A DNA stretch of 64,000 nt from Dendrobates tinctorius (GCF_039654945.1 NW_027361697.1:41726001-41790000); one strand, 5' to 3'. Counted from the stretch's first letter, positions 38,600-51,666 are shown. Translations and numbers: made by a program. Notes: generated by a model not told the origin, from the sequence alone.

Positions 38600-39943
38600 C
38601 AGTGGTCCCCAACCTTTTTTGCACCAGGGACCGGTTTCAAGCAAGACCATTCTTCCATGGCCCGGCAGGGCGGGGATGGAGGTGTGGCAGGGGCGGGGCT
38701 TTGGTCATAGGGGGGCGGGGCTATGGACGCGGTTGTAGTGTAGCAGTGCATACTTATAATTAAATAACATTTATAATGTGACTCAACTCACCATAGGTTT
38801 TGAATGAGTGCTCCATCACCCCCATCCTTGCCTGCTCCATCACCCCATCATTGCCTTCACCCCATCACTCCCTTCTCCCCATCATTGCCTTCACCCCATC
38901 ACTCCCTTCTCCCCATCATTACCTTCTCTCCATCATTGCCTTCACCCCATCACTCCCTTCACCCCATCACTGCCGTCTCTCCATCATTGCCTTCACCCCA
39001 TCATTGCCTTCACCCCATCACTCCCTTCACCCCATCACTCCCTTCTCCCCATCATTGCCTTCACCCCATCACTGCCGTCTCTCCATCATTGCCTTCACCC
39101 CATCACTCCCTTCTCCCCATCATTGCCTTCACCCCATCACTGCCGTCTCTCCATCATTGCCTTCACCCCATCACTCCCTTCTCCCCATCATTGCCTTCAC
39201 CCCATCACTCCCTTCTCCCCATCATTGGCTTCACCCCATCACTGCCGTCTCTCCATCATTGCCTTCACCCCATCACTGCCGTCTCTCCATCATTGCCTTC
39301 ACCCCATCACTGCCGTCTCTCCATCACTGCCTTCACCCCATCACTCCCTTCTCCCCATCATTGCCTTCACCCCATCACTGCCTTCTCTCCATCATTGCCT
39401 TCACCCCATCACTGCCGTCTCTCCATCACTCCCATCAATGCCTTCTCTCCATCACCCCCATCATGGCCTTCTCCCATCACCCCAGGCATCATGGCCTTCT
39501 CTCCCCATCACGGTCTTCTCCTCATGTCCCCATCTCCTCCAGGGCCAGGCTCCACCTACACAAACACAGACAAACACACACAGACATACATGCACACACC
39601 ACCTCTCTCCTCTCACCTGTCCGCAGCATCGCCCGCGCGTCCTCGCTCTGACACAGCAGCGGCTCGCTCCTCTCTGTGTCAGTCAGAGACAAGAAGCGCG
39701 GGCGGCGGGCAGGAAGCTGGACGGGTCCTTGCGCTCCGCTCCTGCTATTCCCTCTTGCAGGCAGCGGAGCTGCTATGTTCGCTCCCTGGCCGCCGCTACA
39801 TGAGGGCAGTCTAAGAATTGCTGCGCGCTGTCCCAGCCCTCGCTACGCCACTGACCGCCCCTGGCTCCCCTTGTGTCCGCGGACCGGCAAGGGCACTGCA
39901 GCGGCCCGATGCTGGGCCGCGGACCGGCGGTTGGGGACCCCTG
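38600..39943. mobile_element. hAT (Charlie-like) non-autonomous element carrying a ~17-19-bp minisatellite (38811-39510)
   Basis: CAGTGGTCCCCAACC...GGTTGGGGACCCCTG with a perfect 8-bp TSD, CTTTATAT. Confidence 0.92.
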
Positions 39944-40213
39944 CTTTATATGATGTAGAAGAAAGACAAAGGATAAGAAGAGGGAAACAAGACAAGGGAA
40001 AAAATGAATTAATAAAAGAAAAAGGGGAACAAGAAGGGGTAGTAAATGAAGGGGTCCTTAAAATCATGTATATATTAATGCGCAAATTCTTATGTAACTG
40101 TAAACGTCAGCAGAACAAATTATGGAAGTCAGGTGAGTCCTGAAATAAAATCCATCCACTCTAAACCCTTCTAAATTTGTTCTACTGCAGACAGCTCCTC
40201 CATTCTACACAGA

Positions 40214-41143
40214 TTGACCATTTCCTTTCCCCCATCTCACAGATCTTCCTTACCTGACCTATCTATAACAATTGACGACATCACGCTTTTCCTCGTACGG
40301 GAGGTCCGCTGCCTCGGAGTAACCCTTGACTCTGCCCTGTCCTTCAAACTGCACATCCAAGCTCTCTCCACCTTCTGCCACCTCCAGCTCAAAAATATTT
40401 CCAGAATCCGTCCCTTCCTCAACCCTCACTCTACTAAAATACTTGTGCATGCCCTCATCATCTCCCGTCTCGACTACTGCAACATCCTTTTCTGTAGCCT
40501 CCCTGCTCTGCTGCCCAACAAATTCATCTCTTTCCTCGCTACTCCTCCGCTTCTCCCCTCTGCAAATCTCTTCAATGGCTCCTACTCCCTTAGCGTATTC
40601 AATTCAAATTACTAATACAGACCTACAAGGCCATCTATAACCTGTCTCCTCCATATATCTCTGAACTAATCTCCCGATATCTTCCCTCACGTAATCTCCG
40701 ATCCTCCCAAGACCTTCTTCTCTCCTTCACACTTATTCGCTCTTCACCCCACCGCCTCCAAGACTTCTCCGGAATAGCCCCCATCCTCTGGAATTCTTTG
40801 CCCCAACACGTCCGGCTATCAACCACATTTGGATCCTTCAGACCTCTTCAAACCCACCTCTTCAAGAAAGCTTACAGCCTGCAATGATCCCAGCTGCCTC
40901 CCCACCACTACAGGAGCTACTGCCTCACAATCACTGGAGCTGCTGCAACCCCCCAACCTACTGTCTCCTTCCCCACCATCCTGTAGAATGTAAGCCCGCA
41001 AGGGCAGGGTCCTCTCCCCTCTGTATCAGTCTGTAATTGTTAGTTTGTTTACTGTAAGTGATACCTGTAATTTGCATGTAACCCCCCCTCATGTACAGCA
41101 CCATGGAATCAATGGCGCTATATAAATAAATATTAATAATAAT
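40214..41143 (+). mobile_element. 5'-truncated L2-clade LINE (RT C-terminus, 3' UTR, (AAT)n tail)
   Basis: RCLGVTLDSALSF..HI...LKNISRIRPFL...LVHALIISRLDYCN; ends AATAAATATTAATAATAAT. Confidence 0.88.
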
Positions 41144-43061
41144 ATATTTCCTTATACCAGTCTAATGTGTAAAGGGGGTTTTGTACCTCAGGTATCATTT
41201 TAATCAGTACAACAACACCAACCTGACAATGCCTGTAGGTTACTTAGCAAAATCCTGTTAAGTCCATAATAAAAGTACAGATGGTTTTTAAGGGTGAAAC
41301 ATAAAGCAAAAATTAGGCAATTTGAAGTAAGAACTCATTATTTATTTACCACATATAGGGATATTGTCACGAACACCCCTTGCTGACAACACACGTGCCT
41401 CAGATGCGGTTGTAAAGGGGGGAATTCCGTTTCCCACTCACTCGTCCACTCATCTATCGCAGTAGTTCAATATCTAAGCGCACCCCACAGAGTGTCCCCA
41501 CATCCATAAATAAAATGAAGAAACAGCCGACAGCACTTACAGGATCATGAAGGAGATGCACACTTCCAGTCCAGAGACCCAAATGGACATAAAAGTTCCA
41601 AACAAATAATATAAAGGAGCAGCATCCAATCTGGGTGAAAAAATACTTACAAAAGTTTATTCTGCCATTAAAAAACATACAACGTTTCGAACACAAAATG
41701 GTCTTTTTCAAGTATAACAAACAGCAAATATGGTGGCTTTATATAGAGAGGATAAACCATTCAATAGCAAAGAACCGCCCTAATACAAAGATCACAAAAA
41801 AATACACAAATATGCATATAAATATCAATCACAAAATCATATATAAAAAAATTACATTTCATAATGAAACATATATAGAAACAAACATTTGCAATACAAA
41901 TAGACTTATGTAAACAACAATATACAAAGTCACACATGTACATGTACCAATCATATGATGGCATCAGGATCCCCATGGTGATCTTTCAACCAATTACCAG
42001 CGTTCTAACATATGTTAAGATCAAATAATCCAGATGACCATTGCATACACGTTGTGAAACTAGCGCCAAAACCAGCAGCCTATCTAAATTGACCATACTA
42101 TTGTTGCTCACCTGGAAGCGCTAGCCCGTGCACCAAAATCTCTCTCCCCCAATCTTAACAGCGGCAGCACACATCCCCAGAGTAAATAACATCACGGGGC
42201 GAAATCCCGCGATAACTTACAAAATCTCGACCCACGCACATGCGCAGTGGTACCATACTAAACACCTATTCATCAAAGCCCCCACTGACAGCACACTATA
42301 AGCGCACGCGCAATGACCATATAGTGGGCAAAATAATCACTATCAAGCAAGTAGCAGTCACATGACACAATCATGTGACCGCAACATGCCACCAGTGTAG
42401 ATCGCAATTTTAAATATCCGCGATAACCTATACACCCAACAGTAGCGCATACGCAATAATTCCACAGTGATGACCTATCTAATAGATCTCCCATAAAGCA
42501 CGCGATGAAAACACACGCGCAATAACTGCAAAATGGGAAAAAATGATCACTACCTTAAAGAAAGCGACCGCAGCATATCATAACATTTACTACCTGAAAA
42601 AAGTATTTAGTGGCCGACACATGGAAATACAAAAGCCAATTTAAAATAGAGCATATGGCCAGAATCAGATTGTAAAAGTTATGACACTAAATCTTCTACA
42701 AAAATGCAAAAGGTCATCACTATGGCAACAGGTCAGTCCATCCAAATAGAACACCTACTCCACAATCTTTATTATATATCATCTAATAACAACAATTAGT
42801 GAAATTTTAAGCCGAGATAGAAAAACTTTAATCAAAACATTCAAAAATATACAGGAAATAAAAAGACAAGAGGGCATGGGGATCGATAGACAAAATAATC
42901 AATAACATATGATGAAGTATACATAAACTTCAGGACTATTCAGTCCCCATGTCCTCAGGCTGCTTCAAACACCAATCCTAAAAAAAGAGAAAAAACAAAA
43001 CACAATTAAAAGACAAATATATGCAAAAAACTAAAGAAAATACCGTCAAAAACATGGTGGG

Positions 43062-44258
43062 TCATTTCATACAGATTTGTAAATTGTATTCAAGATTAAG
43101 GCCTTTCGGCTGTAACGTATCCAAAGTAGAAATCCACGTAAGTTCCTTTTTTTTCAGCAACTTGATCCTATCACCACCACGTCTTGACAAAGGGACACCA
43201 TCTATCACCCTGAACCTCAACTGATTGATGGAATGTCTACATTCAACAAAATGTTTTGGTATTGGTAACTCCAAGAGTTTAGTCCTAATAGTACTTTTGT
43301 TTTTACTGATCCGTGCCCGAATTTCCATAGTGGTCTCACCCACATACATTAACCCACAAGGGCATGTGATTACATAAATGACGAAACTCGATGAGCACGT
43401 ATACCTTTCATTAATAGTAAATTTCATGCCAGTCTGTGGATGGTTAAAACTGTCTCCTTTGATCATATTACTGCAACACGCGCAACCTAAGCAAGGAAAA
43501 TTGCCAGACTTAAGTGGACCAAGTGTCAACTGTCGGGAAATCTTGCCAGGACCCACATCGGCCCTGACAAGTTTATGCCTTAAATTACGCCCACGTCTAT
43601 AGGACAATTTTGGTCTTTTAGCAAACTCAGGGACATCTGGCAGACCTTTGTGTAGAAGGTTCCAATGTTTATTCAAAACACAGCCAATTCTATTGCTGAT
43701 CGGGTAAAATGTTGACATAAAAGGTACCCGTCTGTAAATAATTTTATCCCGATTCTGACATATTACATCTGGAGTCAAATCCATGACTTTATCCTTGAAT
43801 CGTTTGACATTACAAACCGGGTAACCCCTCTTGACAAATTTCTGACACATATCATTAAGTCTAATGTCCAATTTGCTCTCATCCCTAACAATTCTCCGCA
43901 CGCTCAACATTTGACTCCACGGGAGAGAATCCACCATCCTCCTTGGATGATTGCTGTTATAGACCAACAAACTGTTCCTATTGGTTTCCTTAATAAAAAG
44001 ATCCATGCATAATGAACCGCCCTCGTTATAAACCATAGTATCCAAAAATTGTACCTAAGTCAACGATTGGGTCAAGGTAAATTTCAGTTACGGAAAAACA
44101 CTTCAATTCAGACTGGAAACTATGCAAATCCTCAACATTGCCATCCCATATACAGAAAATGTCATCGATGTAGCGCCACCAGGCCCTGACATGGCACCAG
44201 TGGATAGATTTGTACACATGTTGCTCCTCGAATACCGCCATATAGATGTTAGCATAAG
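43062..44258 (-). pseudogene. Penelope RT C-terminus plus GIY-YIG endonuclease (frameshift near 44050-44100)
   Basis: YANIYM..WWRYIDDIFCIW, CLGCACC, VIYVITCPCGLMYVGET, WISTLDTLQPKGLN. Confidence 0.92.
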
Positions 44259-45551
44259 TTGTTTTTTTAGGATTGGGGTTTGAAGTGGCCTAAGGACATG
44301 GGGACTGAATAGCACTGAAGTTTATGTATACTTCATCATATGTTATTGATTATTTTGTCTATCGATCCCCATGCCCTCTTGCCTTTTTATGCCCTGTATA
44401 TTTTTGAATGTTTTGATTAAAGTTTTTCTATCTCGGCTTAAAATTTCACTAATTGTTGTTATTAGATGATATATAATAAAGATTGTGGAGTAGGTGTTCT
44501 ATTTGGATGGACTGACCTGTTGCCATAGTGATGACCTTTTGCATTTTTGTAGAAGATTTAGTGTCATAACTTTTACAATCTGATTCTGGCCATATGCTCT
44601 ATTTTAAATTGGCTTTTATATTGCCATGTGTCGGCCACTATATACTTTTTTCAGGTAGTAAATGTTATGATATGCTGCGGTCACATGACTTTGTCATGTG
44701 ATTGCTTTCTTTAAGTTAGTGATCAGTTTTTCCCATTTTGCAGTTATTGCGCGTGTGTTTTCATCGCGTGCTTTATGGGAGATCTATTAGATAGGTCATC
44801 ACTGTGGAATTATTGCGTATGCGCTACTGTTGGGTGTATAGGTTATCGTGGGATATTTAAAATTGCGATCTACACTGGTGGCATGTTGCGGTCACATGAT
44901 TGTGTCATGTGACTGCTACTTGCTTGATAGTGATTATTTTGCCCACTATATGGTCATTGCGCGTGCGCTTATAGTGTGCTGTCAGTGGGGGCTTTGATGA
45001 ATAGGTGTTTAGTATGGTACCACTGCGCATGTGCGTGGGTCGAGATTTTGTAAGTTATCGCTGGATCTCGCCCCGTGATGTTATTTACTCTGGGGATGTG
45101 TGCTGCCGCTGTTAAGATTGGGGGAGAGAGATTTTGGTGCACGGGCTAGCGCTTCCAGGTGAGCAACAATAGTATGGTCAATTTAGATAGGCTGCTGGTT
45201 TTGGCGCTAGTTTCACAACGTGTATGCAATGGTCATCTGGATTATCTGATCTTAACATATGTTAGAACGCTGGTAATTGGTTGAAAGATCACCATGGGGA
45301 TCCTGATGCCATCATATGATTGGTACATGTACATGTGTGACTTTGTATATTGTTGTTTACATAAGTCTATTTGTATTGCAAATGTTTGTTTCTATATATG
45401 TTTTATGAAATGTAATTTTTTTATATATGATTTTGTGATTGACATTTATATGCATATTTGTGTATTTTTTTGTGATCATTGTATGAGGGCGGTTCTTTGC
45501 TATTGATTGGTTTATCCTCTCTATATAAAGCCACCATATTTGCTGTTTGTT

Positions 45552-45590
45552 ATACTTGAAAAAGACCATTTTGTGGTCGAAACGTTGTAT
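45552..45590 (+). ncRNA. Variant hammerhead-like motif in the Penelope pseudo-LTR (mirror copy at 41677-41715, minus strand)
   Basis: ATAC-TTGAAAAA-GACCA-TTTTG-TGGTC-GAAA-CG-TT-GTAT. Confidence 0.55.
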
Positions 45591-45682
45591 GTTTTTTTAA
45601 TGGCAGAATAAACTTTTGTAAGTATTTTTTCACCCGGATTGGATGCTGCTCCTTTATATTATTTGTTTGTCCCCACATCCAT

Positions 45683-46522
45683 GTCACACATTCCGCTACC
45701 ACCACTTGCTTTTATACCAGGCCTAGACACCGGCACTCTGCAATACACTAGTACATCCCCCACCAAGCTCTCCTAAGACCCTGAACGGTTCCCTACTTGT
45801 ACTCTGGCTACAAGGTAACAAAACCAAATTATTTACTCTCCTCGAGATAATGGGTACATTACAGCAACAAAGAACAAGCTTTTTACATTTTAGACTTAAT
45901 AACCAAAAAGAAGTTGTCAGACACACAGATTGTGGACCCACTGCGTCACAGCCAGACTTACCCTGAAGGGGCGTAACTAAGCAGCTAGAGCTCCTGATGG
46001 TGGAGTTAAGCTTGAGCTGCAGATACCACTGCAAGGGCAGTCCCATGTACTGCGGCAGTTGACCCCAGGGTCAGGAACGCAGACATGGATATAGATTCAG
46101 AGTCCTACACCGGACAGACACTGGTACTGGTTGAGACAGTGCGGATTCTGGAACACAAGACAGGATGGAAACTGGTTTCAGGTTCAGGTACTGCCAGAGT
46201 GGTTTCAGGTTCAGATAACACGCGTATCGGGAGCAGGTTCTTGGTTAAACAACACTATAAAGGAGAACAAGGAAAGGGAACTGGCAACAGACTAGATGTA
46301 CCAACACTAACTAACCAAAGGTGAAGTGTTATAGGGGAGCTTGCCTTAAATACCTGATGCCTCCCAGCTATTGGCTGGGGGCATTTTCAGATCATGCGCA
46401 CTAAGTACGTCGCTGGGAGACTTGCACAACATGTGCAGACTATTCATGGGCGGTGAATAGGTGGGCGACCCTGTCAGGAAGAGGGAGTGGGAATATGCAG
46501 GTACAACAACATTGGCGTTACA
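45683..46522. mobile_element. LTR-like sequence related to 48996-50685; possibly starts at 41365 and was split by the Penelope insertion
   Basis: Shares AAGGGGCGT.ACTAAG...CTGATGGTG and ends CGTTACA; TSD not clean. Confidence 0.4.
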
Positions 46523-47322
46523 GAAGTACAGTGCTTAAAAAGATTACAAAGACATGGATAAAAAAAAGTATAAAATAAGAAAAGATAAAACACAGATTAA
46601 TCTTACAAATTTAATCTGTGAAAGCTTTTTTGCAATTTTACCCACAGATGTGAATATATTCCCCGATCATGGATATATCCATGGATTCTGTAAAACTAGA
46701 AGTGGAATACAAAAAAAAAAAAAACGTAAAATATTGTTTTATGTCTGTGCCAGAAGAGGCCTACAGAGACACATTTGCTGGCCCACATGGTTGTCCAACA
46801 TTGACAGCTACATGTTAAATACTCTGTGTACACACTCAATGTCTGCTTTCCATCAGACATCCAGCATACATTACCTGTTCACAGCGGGGCAGGGGCGCAG
46901 GCAGTGATCCAATGCCCCAGCCTTTCATCTGTATAACTCCACTCATGACAGATACGTTCACTAACATCAAAAAATGCTTCAAAAACTTTGACTATTGATT
47001 TCAATGGGGATAAATACCTTTAGTTGCCATGTCTTTTTTATTATAGGAAACAAAAGAACATGAGGTGATTCTGCATGAAAAAAATGAGCAGATATGTACT
47101 ACAAAATAAACTAGAAGCAGGGAAAAAGATAAAGAAAAACAGTCTGAAAAAGACACAGAAAACACCTTAGGGCTATGTGGAAGAATTTCCTAGAAAGAAA
47201 AATTCACATTCCGCTTTTTTTAATGTGAACATACCCCAATAAAAATGCAAAAACATGTTAACGGCACAATAAAAACAAAACTAAAATGACAATCTTCATA
47301 GATCTAATAAATATGATTGAAC

Positions 47323-48489
47323 TCTGTAGCGCTATAGCACGTAAATGTGAAATATATGAAATATGAACTGCATAACTGGTCTAGAAAAATAGGAAAAAAT
47401 TAAGATACTTAGCGCATAAATTGGCCAATTCATAAAAACCCAGCAGCCAACAATAAGGTGATCTTTTTTGCTGGGAACCTGCCTAAGGCCGGGATCGCAC
47501 ATGCGAGAAACACGGCCGAGTCACGCATGTTAATACCCGGCACTGCCGCCGGCACTCAGATCGGAGCGTCCGTGTTTCTCGCATGTGTGATCCTGGCCTA
47601 ATGTGAATCCTCACTTTAGGCTGAAGTCTGCATTTATATGGGAAGGTAGGATCCTGCTGTAATTAAAACTGCCAGAGGCTGAGGAGTGGAGTGCTCAGAG
47701 AGCCCAAAGGCCCCGTTACACGCAACGATATTGTGAACGATATCGTTGCAACGTCATCAGTTTGGTGACGTTGCAGCGATGTCGAAACGACATCGTTGCT
47801 TGTGACACGTAGGAACGATCAACGATCAGTTGGCTGAACGTTAATCGTTGCCTAATGGTCTGGGCCATAAATCTACCATTGGTCTCCCACTGGGCAGCAC
47901 ACATCGCTGCGTGTAACAGCGAGAGACCAACGATCAGCGAGCTCCCAGCGCCATACAGCAGGCGCTGGGAGATGGTATCCAGGGTAAACAGCGGGTAACT
48001 AAGTGCCGCATGGCGCTTAGTTACTCGCTGTTTGCCCTGGATACCAGTGTGCTCGCTGGTCCTGATCGGGTATCCAGGGTAAACAGCGGGTAACTAAGCG
48101 CCCTGGATACCAGCGTGCTCACTAGTTCTGATCGCTGGTGAGTCTGCCTATGTGACAGCTCCCCAGCGATCAGCTATGTCCCAGCGATCCCATCCACGCC
48201 GGATCATTGGTGGGATCGCTGGGACACTGAAGCGTGTAACGGGGCCCTTAGTATACAAATAATAAAAGACTGACTGACACATCCAAACAGAAATCAGGTG
48301 TGTTCAGGTGAAAACTAAGAGTAGCCATCTCCATATACAACCAACAAATTGGTTCCCAGCAAAAGAAGATCGCCTTGTTGTTGGCTGCTGGGCGCGCATG
48401 GATTGGCCACTAAGTATCTTAATTTTTTTCCTATTTTCTAGAGCAGTAATGCAGTTCACATTTCATGTTTGCATGCTATAGCGCTACAG
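47323..48489. mobile_element. Non-coding element with ~160-bp inverted ends hosting two nested Harbinger MITEs (47487-47598 and ~47709-48246)
   Basis: CTGTAGCGCTATAGCA...GCTGGGAACC pairs with GGTTCCCAGC...TGCTATAGCGCTACAG. Nested TAA-GGCCGGGATCGCAC...GATCCTGGCC-TAA and GGCCCCGTTACACGC...GCGTGTAACGGGGCC. Confidence 0.7.
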
Positions 48490-48995
48490 AACGCCACTTT
48501 ATTTGGTAGTTATGGATGTCGATGGCTGCTCTTAGTGTGCACCTGTCTTGTACACACCGGTTTTCTGTTTGGAGGTGACGGTCAGTCTTATTTAATCACC
48601 ATAGATCGTCCTTATTACTATATGCTTCAATACCACAGCACAGCAGTATATAGTAGAAGAGATGGAATGACCACAGGCTCAAGGCCCCAGGAGGAATAGA
48701 AAATATTTAAAATATTTTCCAAGAACAATCTAAGTTTAAATAGCCACTTTTACCCATTCAAAAATAAATAAATAAAAAAATGTAATATTTGTTTGGTTAG
48801 GAACCAGATTTATGAAGATATAAATGTAGTTCCCCCATACAGTAAGTGCCAGAAAGAGGAAAAAGGCAAAGTCAAAACATCTTGTCCAGAAAATGCAATG
48901 AAAAATGATGAAACCGCAGTATGCAGCCCCCCAAAAACATACTAAAAAAACAACAAGCCCCCACACGGCTCCATCAGTCATGCAGAAGTAGAAAC

Positions 48996-50685
48996 TGTCA
49001 CGCTCGCACCCTGACTGGTGGGCGTCAGCCAGGGGGTTGTGGCCCCACTGTGCCACAAACCAGACAACCCTGGAAGGGGCGTGACTAAGACAGCTACCTC
49101 GGTCTTTGCTGGAGCCTCTGATGGTGAGGTCAGGCTTGTGCGGCAGGCAGCTGTCAGGTGCCAATCCAGGGTGGTGTATGGCTGTGGCTGCTGATCCCAC
49201 TGGGGAACAGAAACATTAGGACGGGTGCGGGCGACAGGCACGACTGGCAGAAGAGCACGGCTGATACTAGGACGAGTAGGCAGGCAGGCACGGCTGAGAC
49301 ACAGGGCAGGCTGGCACGGCTGAGACACAGGGCAGGCAGGAGTGGTGTATGGAATAGGTAGAGTCCTGTTCACACAGAAGGTGCTAGTACTGGCAGGAAG
49401 GAACGGTGTATGAAGGAACAGGTAGAGACCTGTTCACACAGGAGGTGGAGAACCGCAAGACTGCGGAGAGGAGCTGCAGTTTGCAGCAAGAGGTTCCGCA
49501 GCAGCGGGAGCGGGGAACAGGCAGAACCGTAGGAGTACGGAGCAGGAAGAGCAGCAAAAGTGCGGCGCACAGGCAGAGTCACGAGTACTGAGCAGGCAGA
49601 GCCGCAAGAGTGGGGAGCATAAGCAGAACCGCAAGAGTATGGAGCACAGGCTGTCACAAGAGTACGGAGCAGGCAGAGCCGCAAGAGTGCAGAGCATAAG
49701 CAGAGCTGCAAGAGTACGGAGCACAGGCAGAGTCACAGGAGTACTGAGCAGGCAGAGCCGCAAGAGTGCAGAGCATAAGCAGAGCTGCAAGAGTACGGAG
49801 CACAGGCAGAGTCACAGGAGTACTGAGCAGGCAGAGCCGCAAGAGTGCAGAGCATAAGCAGAGCTGCAAGAGTACGGAGCACAGGCAGAGTCACAGGAGT
49901 ACTGAGCAGGCAGAGCCGCAAGAGTGCGGAGCATAAGCAGAGCTGCAAGAGTACGGAGCACAGGCAGAGTCACAAGGGTACTGAGCAGGCAGAGCTGTAA
50001 GATTGCGGAGCATAAGCAGAGCCGTTAGAGTACGGAGCACAGGCAGACGGAGAGGGCACAAGGATAGACACAGCAGGGAATGTAGCCACAGGCGAGGAGA
50101 CCAAGAGACAGAAGTAGGACTGAGTTCAGGAACAAAGACACAGGGACCAGATATTCTGCCTCCTGGAGGGCGGCAAGTACAGGTATGAGACAAGGTCAGG
50201 AGTAATAGCACAGGGACCAGGATATTTGGCCTCCTGGAGGACGGACGGAGAGGTACAAGGCAAGGTAGAAACAAAGACTAGGATATTCTGCCTCCTAGAG
50301 GGCAGACAGGTACAAGGCAAAGGTAGGAATCAAGCCTTCAGAGAAGGCGAAACACGGGACAGGACCTGGCGACTCAGTAGCAAGACACTAGCTGAGTTAA
50401 CACATTGCACAGGCAGGGTTCACTGGGTGGAGCTGCCCTAAATGCCAGAGGTCTCTTGGTAATTTGCCAGGGACACATGAGACAGGTGCACCCTGATTTC
50501 ATAAGAACCAGAGAGTTCTTGCGCCGCCCCCCTATACACACAGCCAGGAAGCATGCAGAGAGCAGGCAGGAAGAGGCACACAGCATGGAGCCAGCAGCAG
50601 ACAGAAATCACAGTATGGCCTGGAGCAGTGAGTAAGTTGGGGGTGAGGGATGGGAGGCCATGCAGTGATGCCGCCAGTTGTTACA
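48996..50685. mobile_element. Solo LTR expanded by a 79-bp tandem repeat (~49500-50045)
   Basis: TGTCAC...GTTACA with a perfect 5-bp TSD, GAAAC. Confidence 0.85.
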
Positions 50686-51149
50686 GAAACGTTACGCCTC
50701 TCAGTGAGCGGAGACAAAAAACATTTTTTCTTTTCACAAAAGTCTCAATTTTGTTAAATTCTAAAAAAAAACAAATAATACAAGTTTGGTATTGCGGAAA
50801 TTTCTGTGACCTAGAAGGGTGGTCTGCACAGGCAATGAACATTCTAAAAATGAGCAAATAGCAGCATGCTCCGCTTCCGTCGCCCCTGCGTAGACCCAGC
50901 CTCACAGCTCCTGCAGGCGATCAGGGTGTCACATGATTGTTGAAGTCTTTGATTGGATGCAACAGTCAGGTGACTAGATTACGTCATTAGAGAAACAAGA
51001 GGATGTGCTGTTCTGGTCACCTGATTGCCTAAGCCAATCACAGGCTTCAGCAGTCATGTGACGGCTAAACTAACAGAGCAGTAACCACTGCGGATGAGGT
51101 AGAGGCCCAGAGGGACCTGAGGCGGGTGGGTTCACGGGTGCATTGCAGG

Positions 51150-51532
51150 ACAGTCTTCGCAAGAACTCGCCAGCACCGCACTGTGCACTGGAGACACCGG
51201 CGCAATGTAAGCGGCGCACAGCTCTTACGCCGTAACGTCAGCACGTCCGGTAACAACGCCGCCATCTTTGTGCCTGGCGCCCCGGCCTCCACTAATGCTC
51301 CGTCAGCGCTGCTCTCTGTGATGCTCCCACCAGGAAGTCTGCGCTCCGCTCATTCATGTGATTGGCGGCCGAGTGCCTGTGTGTCAGCCGCCGGCAACTC
51401 CCCCGGAAGAAGGAAGCGGCTCCCGGAGCTCGCACGGCCGAGGAGGGAGCACATAGCTGGCAGTATCCCGATATAGGAGAAGCCGGGACGTTACCGCCGG
51501 TGTGAGCCGAGGTGTCGGGTCCCGCTGTCAGG
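51150..51532. promoter_or_regulatory. CpG-rich bidirectional promoter of EXTL2/SLC30A7, with a probable non-coding EXTL2 exon 1 (minus-strand donor GTAAGA at 51228)
   Basis: High CpG density. YY1-type CGCCATCTT at 51260-51268, ETS CAGGAAGT at 51331 and CCGGAAG at ~51403, ATTGG at 51361. The genes diverge from here, as in mammals. Confidence 0.8.
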
Positions 51533-51612
51533 ATGCTGCCGTTATCTATTAAGGACGATGAGTACAAGCCGCCCAAATACAACCTGGCGCGGAAAGTGTC
51601 CGGATGGATCAG
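51533..51612 (+). CDS. SLC30A7: Zinc transporter 7 (ZnT7), coding exon 1
   Basis: MLPLSIKDDEYKPPKYNLARKVSGWIR, donor AG|GTACGG. Confidence 0.95.
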
Positions 51613-51666
51613 GTACGGGAGTGCACCGGAACCGGCAAATGTGTGTCTATATCTATGCCTTATATG

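Larger units (their letters stand above)
41508..45667 (-). mobile_element. Penelope-like retroelement, 5'-truncated, with ~1.39-kb inverted pseudo-LTRs (41599-42986 and 44262-45669)
   Basis: Direct repeat TGTCCCCACATCCAT at 41493-41507 and 45668-45682. RT motif YIDDIF and a GIY-YIG domain lie between the arms. Confidence 0.92.

Noticed and set aside
38800-39814. 280-340-aa Pro/His/Ser ORFs in all three forward frames
   Set aside because: They arise from a stop-free minisatellite inside a hAT element.
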